Shown here one piece after another: positions 61,385 through 64,000 of a DNA stretch of 64,000 nt. A model generated the notes under the pieces. It made no database searches, was not told where the DNA came from, and saw nothing but the letters and a program-made list of their open reading frames with translations. The stretch comes from Malacoraja senta (taxonomy: Eukaryota), in contig CM075988.1 of NCBI GenBank assembly GCA_038087875.1, positions 18,726,001 through 18,790,000 on the forward strand, in the 5' to 3' direction. Position 1 is the first letter of the stretch, and every line of letters starts with the position of its first letter. The position numbers and the translations under genes are program-made.

Positions 61385-61880
61385 GAGGGGGAGAGAGAAC
61401 AGCTTCAAATTGCTGGGCATGAATATCTGTGATGACCTGTTGGGGCCTAGCACTGTAGATGCAATCACCAGCACCTCTTCTTCCATGGACGTTTAAAGAG
61501 GTTCGCCATGTCACAAATTACTCTGAGAAGCCTCCACAGCTATACTGTGGGACATACCCTAACTGGTTATCACAACGCACAGGAACATCCCCTAACTGGC
61601 CATTCCAACGCACAGGAACGCAAGAGGCTGCGGAGAGTGGTGGACACAGCTCAGTCCATCACGGGCACAGCTCTCCCCGCCATCGAAAGCATCTACAACA
61701 GGCGCTGCCTCGAGAAGACAGTATCTATCATCAAGGATGCCCAGCATCTGGGCCTTGCCCTCTTCCCACTACTGATATCAGGCAGGAGACAGAAGCCTGA
61801 AGTCCCACACCACCAGATTCGGGAACAGCTACTGTACTTTCCAGCAACTACCAGTTTCTTGAACCAAACTGCACAACCAT
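61385..61880 (+). mobile_element. Rex1/Babar-like LINE fragment
   Basis: NAQERKRLRRVVDTAQSITGTALPAIESIYNRRCLEKTVSIIKDAQHLGLALFPLLISGRR. Confidence 0.8.
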
Positions 61881-61978
61881 AAACCGACCTCGTCAATGGA
61901 GCACCACAGACCATCTACTTACATTGCCATTTACTTGCTTTTATTCTCTAATTATGTTTCTGCACTAATATCTTCACC

Positions 61979-62290
61979 GGGCAGTCACAGTGGCGCAGCG
62001 GTAGAGTTGCTGCCTTACAGCGAATGCAGCGCTGGAGACCCGGGTTCGATCCCGACTACGGGTGCTGTCTGTACGGAGTTTGTACGTTCTCCCCATGACC
62101 TGCGTGGGTTTTCTTCGAGATCTTCAGTTTCCTCCCACACTCCAAAGACGTACAGGTTTTCTAGGTTAATTGGCTTGGGAAATGTAAAAATTGTCCCTAG
62201 TGGGTGTAGGATAGTGTTAATGTGCGGGGATCGCTGGTCGGCACGGACCTGGTGGGCAGAAGGGCCTGTTTCCGCGCTGTATCTTTAAAA
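61979..62290 (+). mobile_element. HE1-like V-SINE, well preserved
   Basis: A box (tggcgcagcgg), B box (ggttcgatccc), V domain, CR1-type tail. Confidence 0.9.
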
Positions 62291-63770
62291 CTGTATCTTT
62301 TTTTTGCACAGACTTCTGTCTTTTAGACATTCTATGTGTAATTTATGTATAATGTATGTATCACTTCTTTTTGTGTGCTGTCTGATTCGATGTGCCTGTG
62401 ATGCAAGCAAGATTTTCATTGTACCTGGACCTCACCACACCTGTACATGTAACAGTAAACTTGAACTGGAGGAGCTGGATGTTATCATCAGGGGGTTATC
62501 ACAGGCAGGTTACCAGAGCAGTGTTATACACTGAGGGGAATGTAACAGGCAGTCGTTAGATTGGTCTTTTCCAGCTTTCTCCCTCCCACTTCACTCACTC
62601 TGAAGAAGGGTCCTGACCCGAACATCGCCTGTCCATTTCCCTCCCTAGATGCTGCCTGACCTGCTGAATTATTTTCTCATTCTTAATATCTTCTGCACTC
62701 TGATACAATCGCAACGGAATCATCCTATCACAACCAGAGAACAGTGCTGCACTGCTATCTACTTCTTTGGTGACCCTCGGACTATCCTTGATCGGACTTT
62801 GCTAGCTTTACCTTGCACTGAACGTTATTCCCTTATCATGTATCAATACACTGTAAATGGATTGATTGCAATCAAGTATTGTCTTTCTGCTGACTGGTTA
62901 GCACGCAACAAAAGCTTTTCACTGTACCTCGGTACACGTGACAATAAACTAAACTGAACTGAACTAAATTGAACTTCTAGTAATATGGTGGCTGGTCTGT
63001 ACCGACATGATTAACTGCAGCACAATTAGTGAGTTTTACTGTTCTAACATAATTTCCTGCTCTTGAATTCTAAATCTAAATATATGCTTTAATGAAGCCG
63101 TATAGATTTGAAGGTTGCAATTTCCTCTAAAAATGTTCTGATTTAAGTAACAACAGGAATGATGCATTCAGCCTTGTTGGCTACTCAAAGAGCCCACATC
63201 CTCTGCCCACCTATCTCCCCCTCTCTTCCAAACTTAGGACACAATGGTGTTAAAGTCTTGCATCTTTCCAGTTACCATACCGTGGTATGTTTATCAGAGA
63301 TTGGTTGTAATTGGTTTTGCCAGAGTATGAACCAGCAACGGAACAATGAAATTCTTACTTGCTGCAGCATAACAAGCCCATAAATGCAATACCACAGAAA
63401 TAATATATAATAGGCAATATTACAATAAATCAATTACAATAATATCCTGCAAATAGGTTAAAAGGATTGATGATCTGCACAAAATGCTGGAGTAACTCAA
63501 CGGGACAGGCAGCATCCCTGGAGAGATGGAATAGGTGAGGTTTTGGGTCAGGTCCTTCTTCAGACTGAGTGTCAGGGGAAAGGGTTCCGAGAGGTATAGA
63601 CAATAGACAATAGGTGCAGGACCATGACCGGACTTTACCTTGCACTAAATCTTATCATATACTGTATCCATACACTGCAAATTGCTTTTCACTGTACCTT
63701 GGTACACGCGACAATAAACTAAACTGAACTGAACAACGATTTGCATGGGTATGACAATTTATGTACAATT

Positions 63771-63960
63771 GGGCGGTCATGGTGGTGCAGCGGTAGAGTT
63801 GCTGCCTTACAGCAAAATGCAGCGCCAGAGACCTGGGTTCGATCCCGACTACGGGTGCTGTCTGTATGGAGTTTGTACGTTCTCCCCGTGATCTGCGTGG
63901 GTTTTCTCCGAAATCTTCGGTTTCCTCCCACACTCCTTGATAAAAATGTTAAATTGTCCA
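63771..63960 (+). mobile_element. HE1-like V-SINE, 5' part
   Basis: gggcggtcatggtggtgcagcggtagagttgctgcc...ggttcgatcccgact. Confidence 0.85.
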
Positions 63961-64000
63961 AGTTGGCGATATGCAGAGTACTGGCCTGCCGACTACAAAA

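Noticed and set aside
61979..62060. tRNA genes
   Set aside because: A and B boxes run straight into the V domain and LINE tail, so these are SINE heads, not cloverleaf tRNAs.

Overview
Eukaryotic, repeat-dense vertebrate DNA. The repeat set (V-domain tRNA-SINEs with CR1-type tails, many CR1/HER1-like LINE 3' ends, Penelope fragments, Deu-domain SINE relics) points to a cartilaginous fish, probably a skate or ray (inference). I find no convincing host protein-coding exon, so the window looks intronic or intergenic. Main elements: a 5'-truncated L1-clade LINE with a 14-bp TSD (603-2787); a non-autonomous Helitron with canonical A|TC...hairpin-CTAG|T ends carrying a duplicated promoter-like module and a 48-bp tandem array (8211-10097); and a full-length but frameshifted DIRS1-type tyrosine-recombinase retrotransposon with gag, RT/RNase H/methyltransferase-like and YR regions, both termini and its internal complementary region (42834-47644). 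Also present are PIF/Harbinger and hAT MITEs, Rex1/Babar fragments, and many ~130-bp Penelope-derived units that carry a minimal hammerhead-ribozyme core, some with their own TSDs or in fold-back pairs. Repeat-free islands rich in TAAT look like candidate conserved non-coding elements. Family names come from recall of motifs, not database searches, and boundaries of decayed repeats are approximate.
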